A DNA stretch of 64,000 nucleotides from Bacteroidota bacterium. Its GTDB lineage: Bacteria; Bacteroidota; Ignavibacteria; Kapaibacteriales; DASPKH01. The translations under genes were made by a program, and so were the position numbers. The stretch lies in NCBI GenBank assembly GCA_040386315.1, contig JAZKFS010000001.1, positions 24,099 through 88,098 of the forward strand. Direction: 5' to 3'. This document shows positions 9,913 to 19,280 of the stretch, one piece after another. The notes below the pieces were generated by a model. The model was given only the letters and a program-made list of their open reading frames with translations, was not told the origin of the DNA and searched no databases. The first letter of the stretch is position 1; the number at the start of each line of letters is the position of its first letter.

Positions 9913-10818
9913 TTACACCGCTTCGTGAGCGTAGCGCTCCTCTATCGCGCGTTTCACCTCATCCATGTGCCACTGTGGCGTGCTTGTCGCTCCACTGATA
10001 CCAACCGTTTCCGCGCCGTCAAACCACTCGTCCTGAAGCTCATCAATATCTTCGATGAAATAGGTACGCTCATTCACCGCTTTGCACACGTCGTGCAGCA
10101 CCTTGCCATTTGAAGATTTGCGCCCGGCAACGAATATTATCACGTCATTTTCCTGCGCGAATTTCGCCAGTTGCGTTTCCCGCCCGGAAACCTGTCCGCA
10201 GATGGTGTCTTTGGTGTGAAATTCCGTTGCTATATTTTCGGCAGAATCTACGATGAGCTCTTTAATACGCGCCTGAAGTGCATCACGGATCGCGTAGAAT
10301 GTCGGCCTGTCCATCGTCGTCTGTGAAAAAAGTACAGTTTTCCGGTTGAAATCCACCGCTTTTAAAGCTTCTTCTTCGCTCAGCACGACAATTGCATTAT
10401 CACGGCAAACGCCGCGGATCCCGAGAACTTCGGCATGATCGTATTTCCCGAAAATAACGATCTGGTAGCCACCATCGTAGAATTTGCGGACGCGCTCCTG
10501 GAGCTTCGTTACCACCGGGCACGTTGCGTCAATGATCTCGATCCCGTTTTTAAAAGCTTTCACGTATGTTTCCGGCGGCTCGCCGTGTGCGCGGATAATT
10601 ACACGCGCATCCTGCCCGGCGATCGTTTCAAAATCGTCAATAGTAATCGTTTTTAAACCTGCCTGCGCCAGGCGTTCGATCTCTTTTGGATTGTGAATAA
10701 TATGCCCGAGAACGTACACGGGAGTGCCGGGATATTTCGCCAGCATTTCTTCCGCTATATGGACCGTACGGACGACGCCCCAGCAAAACCCCGAGTTTTT
10801 ATCTATGGAAACCTGCAT
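9913..10818 (-). CDS. ispH: 4-hydroxy-3-methylbut-2-enyl diphosphate reductase IspH/LytB
   Basis: MQVSIDKNSGFCWGVVRTV matches the conserved N-terminal Cys motif of IspH. The protein is similar to IspH across its full length, including the ATCP and SSNGK regions. Confidence 0.95.
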   Translation of the reverse strand: MQVSIDKNSGFCWGVVRTVHIAEEMLAKYPGTPVYVLGHIIHNPKEIERLAQAGLKTITIDDFETIAGQDARVIIRAHGEPPETYVKAFKNGIEIIDATCPVVTKLQERVRKFYDGGYQIVIFGKYDHAEVLGIRGVCRDNAIVVLSEEEALKAVDFNRKTVLFSQTTMDRPTFYAIRDALQARIKELIVDSAENIATEFHTKDTICGQVSGRETQLAKFAQENDVIIFVAGRKSSNGKVLHDVCKAVNERTYFIEDIDELQDEWFDGAETVGISGATSTPQWHMDEVKRAIEERYAHEAV

Positions 10819-10864
10819 TGATTTTAAAAGTAGGTTTTAAAAAGAAGTTAGTTAAAGTAAATGT

Positions 10865-11560
10865 TTAACTGTTTTTTTCAATTTGTTCAGTATTCATCGC
10901 TTTAAAAGCAAGTTCAAGAATTGTCTCAACCTGTTCTGTAACGGAAAGCTTGGTAGTGTCAATTTCTATAGCATCCTCTGCTTTTAAAAGCGGCGCTACT
11001 ACACGCTCTGAATCCATTTTATCGCGTTCCTTCAGCTGCTGCGCCACTTCATCTTCGGAAGAAAGGATACCTTTTGCATTCATTTCACTGCTACGACGTT
11101 GTGCGCGCTTGTCTATTGAGGCGGTCATAAACACCTTCACCTCGGCATTAGGAAATACCACTGTACCAATATCGCGCCCGTCCATTACCACGCCTCCGCT
11201 CCGCCCGATCATGCGCTGCTGCTCCACCATTGCACGGCGCACGGCAACTTTTGCGCTGACCACACTGACATTTTTCGTAATGTCCGGGTGGCGGATCTCA
11301 TCGCTCACATCCTCGCCGTTTAAAAACGTCCGCTGCCCGTGAGGCGATTGCGCCAGCTCGATCAGGAGGTTTTCGACTAATTCGCTTAACGATTCTTCCG
11401 TAAATTCGATCCCTTCTCGCAGCGCAGCAAGCGTTACGGCGCGGTACATCGCCCCTGTGTCAATATATATGTAATGCAGCCGGTCAGCCAGCATTTTCGC
11501 CGTTGTGGTCTTACCCGAACCGGCAGGCCCGTCAATTGCTATGATAATATTTTTTTTCAT
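10865..11560 (-). CDS. cmk: Cytidylate kinase
   Basis: IIIAIDGPAGSGKTTTAKMLADRLHYIYIDTGAMYRA contains the P-loop and the Cmk signature (IDTGAMYR). Confidence 0.95.
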   Translation of the reverse strand: MKKNIIIAIDGPAGSGKTTTAKMLADRLHYIYIDTGAMYRAVTLAALREGIEFTEESLSELVENLLIELAQSPHGQRTFLNGEDVSDEIRHPDITKNVSVVSAKVAVRRAMVEQQRMIGRSGGVVMDGRDIGTVVFPNAEVKVFMTASIDKRAQRRSSEMNAKGILSSEDEVAQQLKERDKMDSERVVAPLLKAEDAIEIDTTKLSVTEQVETILELAFKAMNTEQIEKNS

Positions 11561-11578
11561 GAAATCTTTTTAAAAACC

Positions 11579-12298
11579 CTACTGTAACTCAGTCAATGCG
11601 CGAATTGTGCGCTCCAAATCCGAAAAATCTTTTAAAACCAGGTCCGGCTGTAATTCCTGCAGATCTTCTACTGTTGATTCTGCCGTCGCCACGCATACTA
11701 CCGGGATATTATTGGCGTGAGCGCAGTCTATATCGCGCGGCGAATCGCCGATTATCACGCTATTTGCGCTCTTAAAGACATCTGTGCCGTTTTTATCGTT
11801 GGCGCGCTGTATTGCTATCGGCGGGAGTTTGCGGCGCTCTATATTGTCGCAACCAAAGGCGCCGGTTTTAAAAAAGCCGTCCAGACCGTACGAACTTAGT
11901 TTTAAAAACGCGCATTCACGCAGGTTTCCCGTTACCAGCCCAAGCTCTACGTTTTTATTTTCCGAAAGTGTTTTTAAAAGCTGCGGGACGCCGGGCAAAA
12001 GGTCAATATGCTCCGGTGAAATATACTCCGCGCAGAGTTCAGCAAGCGTTCGCTGGAGTTCCGGCATCTTTTGCTGAAATTCGGCATCATCTATTTTTAA
12101 AACATCGGCAATTTCTTTAAAGATCAGCAGGTCGGTCTTCCCGGCAAAGCTCGTGAGCGAGCCGTCGGGCAGGTCCCTTTTAAAAACTTCCTGCGTCAGG
12201 CGGCGCGTGATCTCGGTCGAGCGCCCGCGTTTCCAGCGTATCAGCGTTCCGTCAATATCAAATAATAAAAGTTTACGCGGCATAGCAAAACAAAACAT
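11579..12298 (-). CDS. HAD-superfamily hydrolase (phosphoglycolate-phosphatase-like)
   Basis: HAD motif I LLLFDIDGTLI is present, and a C-terminal GDSPRDIDCA matches motif IV. The true start is probably Met7 (MPRKL). The gene lies in a minus-strand operon HAD-cmk-ispH. Confidence 0.8.
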   Translation of the reverse strand: MFCFAMPRKLLLFDIDGTLIRWKRGRSTEITRRLTQEVFKRDLPDGSLTSFAGKTDLLIFKEIADVLKIDDAEFQQKMPELQRTLAELCAEYISPEHIDLLPGVPQLLKTLSENKNVELGLVTGNLRECAFLKLSSYGLDGFFKTGAFGCDNIERRKLPPIAIQRANDKNGTDVFKSANSVIIGDSPRDIDCAHANNIPVVCVATAESTVEDLQELQPDLVLKDFSDLERTIRALTELQ

Positions 12299-12504
12299 TG
12301 GTAAAAAATTCCCGCTAAATTACGCCTTTTACCGTAAATATTTGTTTTAAAAAACACTTTTAAAAAGCTATTTCGGCATAGAAACCAAATATTACAACGA
12401 TTTTAAAAGCGTTTCAAAATCGGAGATAAGAAAGAAAGTGTACGGATTTTCGTAATTTGCGCAATTAAGACATCTACATATTTCACCAACTCTTTTTAAA
12501 ATTT

Positions 12505-14649
12505 ATGAAAAAACATTTTCAGACATTTCTTGCGTGCGGACTTCTTACTGCAAGTGCTCTGCCGCTCTTTGCGCAGGTACAGATCGCCCCGCCAAGCGGA
12601 AATCCGCATGGAGTAAAAGGAACAGCGACGATTTTAAAATCAAAAGTGAACACGCTGGCTGCTCCCAATGCAACGATCTACAGCCACGGCGACCCGACTG
12701 ACGAAGAGCAATATACGCTAGAACTGATCAACCGCGCCCGCGCAAACCCGACAGAAGAAGGAATCCGCCTTGCCAATACAACAGACCCGGATGTAACTTC
12801 TTCCTATCAGTATTTCAATATCAATACAAATACGGTAAAAACGCAGTTCGCCGGGTATCCATCACGTCCGCCACTTGCTTTTAATGAAAAGCTGATCTCA
12901 GCCGCGCGCAAGCATTCGCAATGGATGAAGGACAATAATACACAAAGCCACACCGGCGCTAACGGCACGTCTCCTTTTCAAAGAATGAATAACGAAGGAT
13001 ACACCGGCTGGTCAAATGCAGGCGAAAATGTGGCTGCATACGCGCGCAGCCTCTGGCATGGGCATGCGGGATTTAACGTGGACTGGGGCACACAAAACCA
13101 GATCGATCTCGGCCACCGCGAAAATATCATGAATTTTAAAAACTTCACCTACACAGAGATCGGTGTTGGGATTATTCATGCCAGCGGCGGCGGCAATCAG
13201 GTCGGGCCAATGATCATCACGCATGACTTTGGCAGACGCGCAGATTATTTCCTGACAGGAGTAGTTTTTAAAGACAATAATAATAACGGTTTCTATGATG
13301 TCGGCGAAGGCGTTTCGGGCGTGACTGTTACACCATCGAAAGGTACATTTTACGCCATTACATCAAGCTCCGGCGGCTACGCAATTCCTATGACAAATGT
13401 CAGCGGTCCTGTCAGCGTAACGGCATCCGGCACGGGAATTGGCGGAAGCGCAACCAAAAACGTATCATTTTCCGGTGAAAATGTAAAACTGGATTTCACT
13501 TCTGCCCTGCCGGGAAATGTTTCGCTCATCTCTCCTGCAAATGAAGAGCTTTTAAAAGCGGATTCGGTAAAATTCTCGTGGATGAAAAGCGCGAATGTAT
13601 CAAAATACTGGTTTGAGCTTTCCGAAAAACCGGATTTCACAACAGTTGTAAAACGTGATTCGACACTCAGCGACACAACATTTCCTTTTAAAAACCTCAC
13701 TAACGGCAAAACATATTTTTGGCGAGTAAAAGCTAAGACTACAGCCGGCTGGGGCGATTTCTCCGAAGCTAATTCATTCACGGTTGAGATCATTCCTGAT
13801 ATGGTTGAATTATCATATCCTGCTAACTTCATCGATGTCGGCACGCAAACCCGCATTGGCTGGTACAAACAGGCAGGCGCTACAAAATACTGGTATGAAT
13901 ATTCCACCGATGAATTCTTTTTGGAAAATGTCACGAGCGATACAAATACGAGCGACACGACAGCGCTTTTAAAAGCGTTAGAGCCCGGCATAAGTTACTT
14001 CTGGCACGTCAAAGCATCGAACGGCACATATTGGGGTGAGTTCTCTGAAACACGTTCGTTTATTACGCAGTTGACGCTTCCGGCGCAGGTGGAGTTGATT
14101 TCACCTGAGGATGGAACTCTAGATTTATTAGATTTAAGGTTTAAATGGATAGCAATTCCAGACGCAAACTTTTATGAACTAGAAGTTTCTGAAGATTCTA
14201 CTTTTACAAATATAGTTTTTCGGGATAGTACAATAACTCAGAATGAAATTGGTGAATCTACTTTTGGTACAGGAACCGGAGCAAGGTATTTTTGGCATGT
14301 CCGTGCAAAAAATCTTGATGGTTGGGGTGAATATAGCCCAACATGGCAATTTACGGTACATGGACTATCAGTATACGAAAACGCAGCATCCAAATTCAAA
14401 CTCGAAAATTCCCCAAATCCTTTTGAAAAAGCAACAGCAATCAAATTCACGCTTTTAAAAGACCAGAATGTGACACTCCGCATTTACAATGCAGCCGGGC
14501 AGGAAGTTTTTAAAAGCGTTTTAAAAGACGCTCACGAAGGCGAAAATTCCTTCACATGGCATGCCTCCGGCTTTGAGAACGGCGTCTATTATTACGAAAT
14601 TGAAGCGGACAATATGAAGGGAATTCGCCCTATGGTCCTGGTGAAATAA
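12505..14649 (+). CDS. Secreted CAP/SCP (PR-1-like) domain protein with four fibronectin-III-like repeats and a T9SS C-terminal sorting domain
   Basis: A signal peptide is present. The CAP-like region contains EEQYTLELINRARANP. There are four repeats of about 90 aa with a W..S.....YFW(R/H)VKA..GWG(D/E)FSE pattern. The C-terminus (NSPNPFEKATAIKFTLLKDQNVTLRIYNAAGQEV) is a Por-secretion tail. Confidence 0.75.
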   Translation: MKKHFQTFLACGLLTASALPLFAQVQIAPPSGNPHGVKGTATILKSKVNTLAAPNATIYSHGDPTDEEQYTLELINRARANPTEEGIRLANTTDPDVTSSYQYFNINTNTVKTQFAGYPSRPPLAFNEKLISAARKHSQWMKDNNTQSHTGANGTSPFQRMNNEGYTGWSNAGENVAAYARSLWHGHAGFNVDWGTQNQIDLGHRENIMNFKNFTYTEIGVGIIHASGGGNQVGPMIITHDFGRRADYFLTGVVFKDNNNNGFYDVGEGVSGVTVTPSKGTFYAITSSSGGYAIPMTNVSGPVSVTASGTGIGGSATKNVSFSGENVKLDFTSALPGNVSLISPANEELLKADSVKFSWMKSANVSKYWFELSEKPDFTTVVKRDSTLSDTTFPFKNLTNGKTYFWRVKAKTTAGWGDFSEANSFTVEIIPDMVELSYPANFIDVGTQTRIGWYKQAGATKYWYEYSTDEFFLENVTSDTNTSDTTALLKALEPGISYFWHVKASNGTYWGEFSETRSFITQLTLPAQVELISPEDGTLDLLDLRFKWIAIPDANFYELEVSEDSTFTNIVFRDSTITQNEIGESTFGTGTGARYFWHVRAKNLDGWGEYSPTWQFTVHGLSVYENAASKFKLENSPNPFEKATAIKFTLLKDQNVTLRIYNAAGQEVFKSVLKDAHEGENSFTWHASGFENGVYYYEIEADNMKGIRPMVLVK

Positions 14650-14762
14650 TCCCTTTTAAAAACAGGTTTTAAAAACAGGTTTTAAAAACAAAAGGCAGTT
14701 CTTTTTAAAAAGAGCTGCCTTTCCTGTTTTTTAAAGTTTTTTTTACAAAACACTTCGCAAAC

Positions 14763-14862
14763 TGTCATTCCGGCTTGCCCGGAACCTTCTTCTACATCGT
14801 TTGGAGGAACCAACGCGAACTTCTGACGATTGCAGAAGATTCCGGGCAAGCCGGAATGACAA
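14763..14862. repeat. Palindromic MITE-like element, copy 4 (TGTCATTCCGGCTTGCCCGGAA...TTCCGGGCAAGCCGGAATGACA)
   Basis: It has the same terminal inverted repeat and the CAACGCGAACTTCTGACG core as copies 1-3. Confidence 0.85.
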
Positions 14863-14913
14863 TCCTAAGTAAATGTCTCTCTCCCGGGAGATGTCCGAAG
14901 GACAGAGGGATTC

Positions 14914-16593
14914 TCAATTCTTTTTATTAAAAATCCGCTTCATGATCGGCACAATATCAAGCTGCGACGGCTGCTGCCCGGCAACTTCATTCACCAGCGC
15001 CTGGAGTTCCTGCCCGCTGCTCCCTTTTTTTGCAATGATAATCGGGATATGGCTGTCCTGCTTCGTCGGGCTGCCATGCCACGAATGATACGGCGCTGAA
15101 AAATAATACCGTTCCTCCACCGGCTGCTCAAAACCGGATTTACTCAGCAGCAGAATATCACCCGCACGATGTCCGTACGGCCCCGCAGCCAGCCCGCGCA
15201 TACGCTCTTCCAGGTTTAAAAGGTCAGGACGCGGATGCTTTGTTAAATATTCGCCAATTGCCAATAAACTATTCCCGTCAAAGATTTTAAAAGGAAGCGC
15301 ATCCTGCCCGATCGGACGAGGTTCGCGGGCAAAAATGAGGTCAAGCGTTCCCTTTAATTCCGGCACGCCTTCACCTGTTTCATTCGCTTTATAAAATGCA
15401 CGGACAAGCGGCATTACGTCTTCTTCCAGCCGCGGGCCACGTTTCCAGTCGCACTTCTGCCCTTTGTCCGGACACGTGGAGCGGTCAGCAAGATATACGT
15501 ATGCAATCGCGCCCTGGTACGCCACTGTCGCCTGATAATCTTCTTCTTTAGGTTCTAATTCAAACGGGCGAACACGCCAGCCAAGCTTTTTTAAAAGGTC
15601 AGGCGGTTCATGTCCGCCTTCACTGGAAAGCGCGTGCCTGTCGTCGTTTAAAACCGGTGTGTGGCCGTGATCGGCAATGAACATAATATATGTTTCATCA
15701 AGTATTCCCGCTTTTTCATATACGTCAAGAATACTTCCCATTGCGCTGTCGAGAACTCTCTGCAAATACTCTTCCTGCTTTTCCAGCGGATAATTTGCAA
15801 TATGGCTGTACAGGTCAATTCCCGGGAAATATACGACCTGCATATCAGCCGGGCCATTCCTTTTAATAGTTTCCAGCAGCTTTGAGACTGATTCGTAATC
15901 CACTTCCTTATATACTTCCTGGCTGACAGTTTCCTCGCCTACCATTCCCTTTGCTACAGCCACAGCAACTTCTGCCAGCGTCGTCGGCTTTGGTGTGGTA
16001 AAAATATCGGCGCCACGATAGATTGGTGAAAGTGACACATACGAACGCACATCGAGCATTTCAAAGATAGTCGGCACTTTTAAAGCATTTCCCACCAGCC
16101 CGTCATTCAGCATTTGCAATGTGTGCTTATTTTCCGTCACGGAAACCGGCGCAGGGGCATAGAATTTCATTTCCTCGCGAACAAACCACTCATTTCCGGG
16201 AACACCTGTTTCAGCGGGCGGCTTGCCGGTGTAAATTGAGCTCCATGCGGCCATTGTTGTTGATGGCAGGATACTCATCGCATTTTGAACGGAGTACCCG
16301 TTTTTAAAAAGCCCATTCCCTTCATCTTCGCCGAGCAACTGTGCAATACGCGAGGTTTTCCGCGATCTGATAGCTTTTTCAAGCTCGTCCGCTCCCACAC
16401 CGTCAAATGCAAATACCAGTAATCGTGTGCCGCCTTTTGCAGGGCGTAATTCATCCCGGAGCTGGTGATCTCCATCTTCGGCAGCTAATTCGCCAAGCTC
16501 GCCAAGCGGAGTATTGGATTTCCAAAGGTAAAAAGCGCCGCCTGCCAGCAGTAAAATTATGAGAACAAACCACCATTTTTTAAAAATTTTCAT
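14914..16593 (-). CDS. Alkaline-phosphatase-superfamily protein (nucleotide pyrophosphatase/phosphodiesterase-like), membrane-anchored
   Basis: An N-terminal TM segment is present (WWFVLIILLLAGGAFYLW). The motifs YFPGIDLYSHI and MFIADHGHTP are typical of metal-binding residues in the AP/ENPP/PhnA family. Confidence 0.6.
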   Translation of the reverse strand: MKIFKKWWFVLIILLLAGGAFYLWKSNTPLGELGELAAEDGDHQLRDELRPAKGGTRLLVFAFDGVGADELEKAIRSRKTSRIAQLLGEDEGNGLFKNGYSVQNAMSILPSTTMAAWSSIYTGKPPAETGVPGNEWFVREEMKFYAPAPVSVTENKHTLQMLNDGLVGNALKVPTIFEMLDVRSYVSLSPIYRGADIFTTPKPTTLAEVAVAVAKGMVGEETVSQEVYKEVDYESVSKLLETIKRNGPADMQVVYFPGIDLYSHIANYPLEKQEEYLQRVLDSAMGSILDVYEKAGILDETYIMFIADHGHTPVLNDDRHALSSEGGHEPPDLLKKLGWRVRPFELEPKEEDYQATVAYQGAIAYVYLADRSTCPDKGQKCDWKRGPRLEEDVMPLVRAFYKANETGEGVPELKGTLDLIFAREPRPIGQDALPFKIFDGNSLLAIGEYLTKHPRPDLLNLEERMRGLAAGPYGHRAGDILLLSKSGFEQPVEERYYFSAPYHSWHGSPTKQDSHIPIIIAKKGSSGQELQALVNEVAGQQPSQLDIVPIMKRIFNKKN

Positions 16594-16760
16594 CAGTTTT
16601 AAAGAATTAAAAAAGAATATGTAGTGTTATAACCACTTTTCATCATTATTAGTGCGGTAATTTTCACCAAAAAAAGAATGACTTTTTTAAAATTCCCGCT
16701 AAATATTTGTAATTTCACACAATTAGTTTTTTTACTCATTTTTTATGTAACTAAAAACCT

Positions 16761-17639
16761 ATGCGCAATATTTATATTTGCCTCGTTTTTGCGATCTTCA
16801 GTTCGGTTTCTTTAAAAGCACAGCACTCATGCTGCGCACCCGCTTCTGCTGCCAGTTCAACGCAGAAATTCGCGGCATTTGCCTCTGATGTAAAATTTGG
16901 CGCAGCGCATGAAACGCCGAAGCCGTTAGCTCTCGACAGCCTGCGCGGCGAGATGGTCACATTTGCAACTGTCAGCGGCGAAGGACGTGCGTACTTTTTA
17001 AAAACACCTAAAGCAAGCAGCAAGGTTGTATTTGTTTTTCATGAATACTGGGGACTAAATGATTATATAAAACGCGAAGCACAACGCATTCAGAAAGACC
17101 TTGGCGATGTAACGGTGTATGCAATTGACCTGTATGATGGGAAAATTGCGACAACAGCAGAAGATGCAGGAAAATTCATGCAGGCCGTAAAGGAAGACCG
17201 CGCTCGTGCAATTATCGAAGGTGCAATAGCGAAAGCCGGAAGTGAAGCAAAGATCGCAACGATCGGCTGGTGTTTTGGCGGTGGCTGGGCGCTTCAGGCG
17301 GCGATCATGGCGGGTTCGCAAACGCAGGGCTGCATAATTTACTACGGAATGCCGGAAACTGATGTAGCAGTTTTAAAAACACTGCAAGCGCCTGTTGTAG
17401 GACATTTTGCTTCAAAAGATGCGTGGATCACACCGGCCATTGTAGCAGATTTTAAAAAGAATATGAAAGCCGCCGGGAAGAAATTAACGGTACACATGTA
17501 TAATGCAGATCATGCTTTCGCTAATCCGAGCAATCCAAAATATAACAAGTCGCTCTCAGCACAGGCGTATAAAAAATCTATCGCGTTTTTTAAAGAAGTT
17601 TTTAAAAGAAAGCGCCCGGTACCTGCAAAAAAGAAATAA
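16761..17639 (+). CDS. Dienelactone hydrolase family protein (secreted)
   Basis: A signal peptide is present. The nucleophile elbow is IGWCFGGGWAL, and a His sits in HAFAN, giving the DLH fold pattern. Confidence 0.8.
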   Translation: MRNIYICLVFAIFSSVSLKAQHSCCAPASAASSTQKFAAFASDVKFGAAHETPKPLALDSLRGEMVTFATVSGEGRAYFLKTPKASSKVVFVFHEYWGLNDYIKREAQRIQKDLGDVTVYAIDLYDGKIATTAEDAGKFMQAVKEDRARAIIEGAIAKAGSEAKIATIGWCFGGGWALQAAIMAGSQTQGCIIYYGMPETDVAVLKTLQAPVVGHFASKDAWITPAIVADFKKNMKAAGKKLTVHMYNADHAFANPSNPKYNKSLSAQAYKKSIAFFKEVFKRKRPVPAKKK

Positions 17640-18117
17640 TGTGCAGAAGTAATTTAAAACAAAAAATCTCTTTAAAGATCATTTTCTTTAAAGAGATTTT
17701 TGCATTTCAGGCCAAAGTGACAACTGCATGCACTTCAAAAATAATTTCCGTTTTTAATATTCGCCTTCGATAGTTGTATATCGCTTGGCGGCTTTACTGC
17801 TAAAGTGCAGTCTGCACATAGATATTGCGCCAAATACGCTGACTGATAGTATTGTCCATGCAAGCAAGACTAGTAAAATAGTTTCTATCATGGCTAACTC
17901 CGGCAGAAAAAATGCAAAAATAATTACATTATATTTCTATAACTTTCTGCGCACTTTGAATAGTTCCCTTAAAGCTATGCTTTTAAAGGAATTATCTCAG
18001 AATAGCCGCTTCCCGCTCTAGCTTTTAAAAGTTTTTTTGAGCTTTCAGGTATAATTCATAAAAAAACCTTGCTTTGGAATATACCAATGCAAGGTTTTAA
18101 ATCATTTCATAATCGTG

Positions 18118-18200
18118 TGCGAGGAGCGGGAATTGAACCCGCACGGGATTGCTCCCACAGGATTTTAAGTCCTGTGCGTCTACCGATTTCGCCATCCTCG
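18118..18200 (-). tRNA. tRNA-Leu(TAA)
   Basis: The reverse complement reads GCGAGGA-TG-GCG..AAATCGGTAGAC..CAGGA-CTTAAAA-TCCTG-long variable arm-GCGGGTTCAATTCCCGC-TCCTCGC-A. This is a class II cloverleaf with anticodon TAA. Confidence 0.9.
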
Positions 18201-18461
18201 CGGCTCTTTTAAAAGAATGCTCTTTTAAAAAGAGAGGCAAAAATACACATTTTATCCTGTAAGAAAAAAGTTTTTTTTATTCTTTTAAAAATCTTTGTAA
18301 ACATTAAACCTTTTTAAAACCCAGTCGTCTATTTTGCAAATTGTTTGTTTTAGAAAGTGTATCGGATTTTTATTCGCATTGTTATTACCACTAAGACCGA
18401 CAAAATTCGCTTTTTAAAAGAATATCACATATACCGTATTCTACACAGAGGATCACTTCCT

Positions 18462-19280
18462 ATGAAACTTTTACAAAAAAATCTGCTGGCCGGAGCTGCA
18501 TTTGCACTGCTTGGAATTATCGGCTGCGCTTCTCCGCAAGGCACGCGTGAAGATTATTTCGGCTATAATAATAAACCTGTGATCGAAGAGGAAAAACCTG
18601 AGGCAACACAACCGCAGGCAGAAACCGCTCCCCAGGAAAAAAAATGGCGCAATCCCCTTTCGGATAACTCCCGGACGGCCCATGTATATTATGAACCCGT
18701 TTTTGTTCCGGTAACGGCTCCGTGGTGGGATAGATATTATGGATGGGAAGACTATCATCACAGCCGTGTTGTGGTAATGTATCCTCATCATCGTGTACGC
18801 TATTATGACTGGGATTATGCGAATTACCCGTACTATGGAGGATACCCGTATTACGACCGCTATCCGAACTATGACCGGTTTCCATATAATAATTACCCGG
18901 ATTCACGTGAAGTCGAGCCGGTAGCTGCGAAAAAAACCTCACGCGGATTTGGCTCATCACGCGGTACGATCAACCGTGATTCAGAGAAAGACACTCGCGG
19001 ATCTAATAATTCCGGCTGGAAGGTGCGAGGACGCGACGGAAATGTAACAACACCAACACCTGAAAAGCCAAATGAATCAACCTCATCAAGTTCATCCTCA
19101 CGTTCACGCGGCTCCGTAGGCGTGACTCCACGCGGCGGCAGCTCAACAGAAAAGAAAGAAACTACAACAACGCAAACCAATACATCAAAGAAATCTGATT
19201 CAGGCGCGAAAAAATCAGAACCGGCAAAATCAGAAACGAAAAAAGAAACAACTAATAAAGTCAGAGGACGTGGCGAATAA
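18462..19280 (+). CDS. Lipoprotein of unknown function, Tyr/Pro/Arg-rich with a low-complexity Ser/Thr/Lys tail
   Basis: The likely start is MKLLQKNLLAGAAFALLGIIGCAS, which has a lipobox. The body is repetitive (YYDWDYANYPYYGGYPYYDRYPNYDRFPYNNYP) and then low-complexity. Its stop overlaps the start of the next gene. Confidence 0.45.
   Translation: MKLLQKNLLAGAAFALLGIIGCASPQGTREDYFGYNNKPVIEEEKPEATQPQAETAPQEKKWRNPLSDNSRTAHVYYEPVFVPVTAPWWDRYYGWEDYHHSRVVVMYPHHRVRYYDWDYANYPYYGGYPYYDRYPNYDRFPYNNYPDSREVEPVAAKKTSRGFGSSRGTINRDSEKDTRGSNNSGWKVRGRDGNVTTPTPEKPNESTSSSSSSRSRGSVGVTPRGGSSTEKKETTTTQTNTSKKSDSGAKKSEPAKSETKKETTNKVRGRGE

Noticed and set aside
17785-18021. 78-aa ORF between the DLH gene and tRNA-Leu
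   Set aside because: It has no homology features and poor start context, and it lies in the tRNA promoter region. It is likely non-coding.
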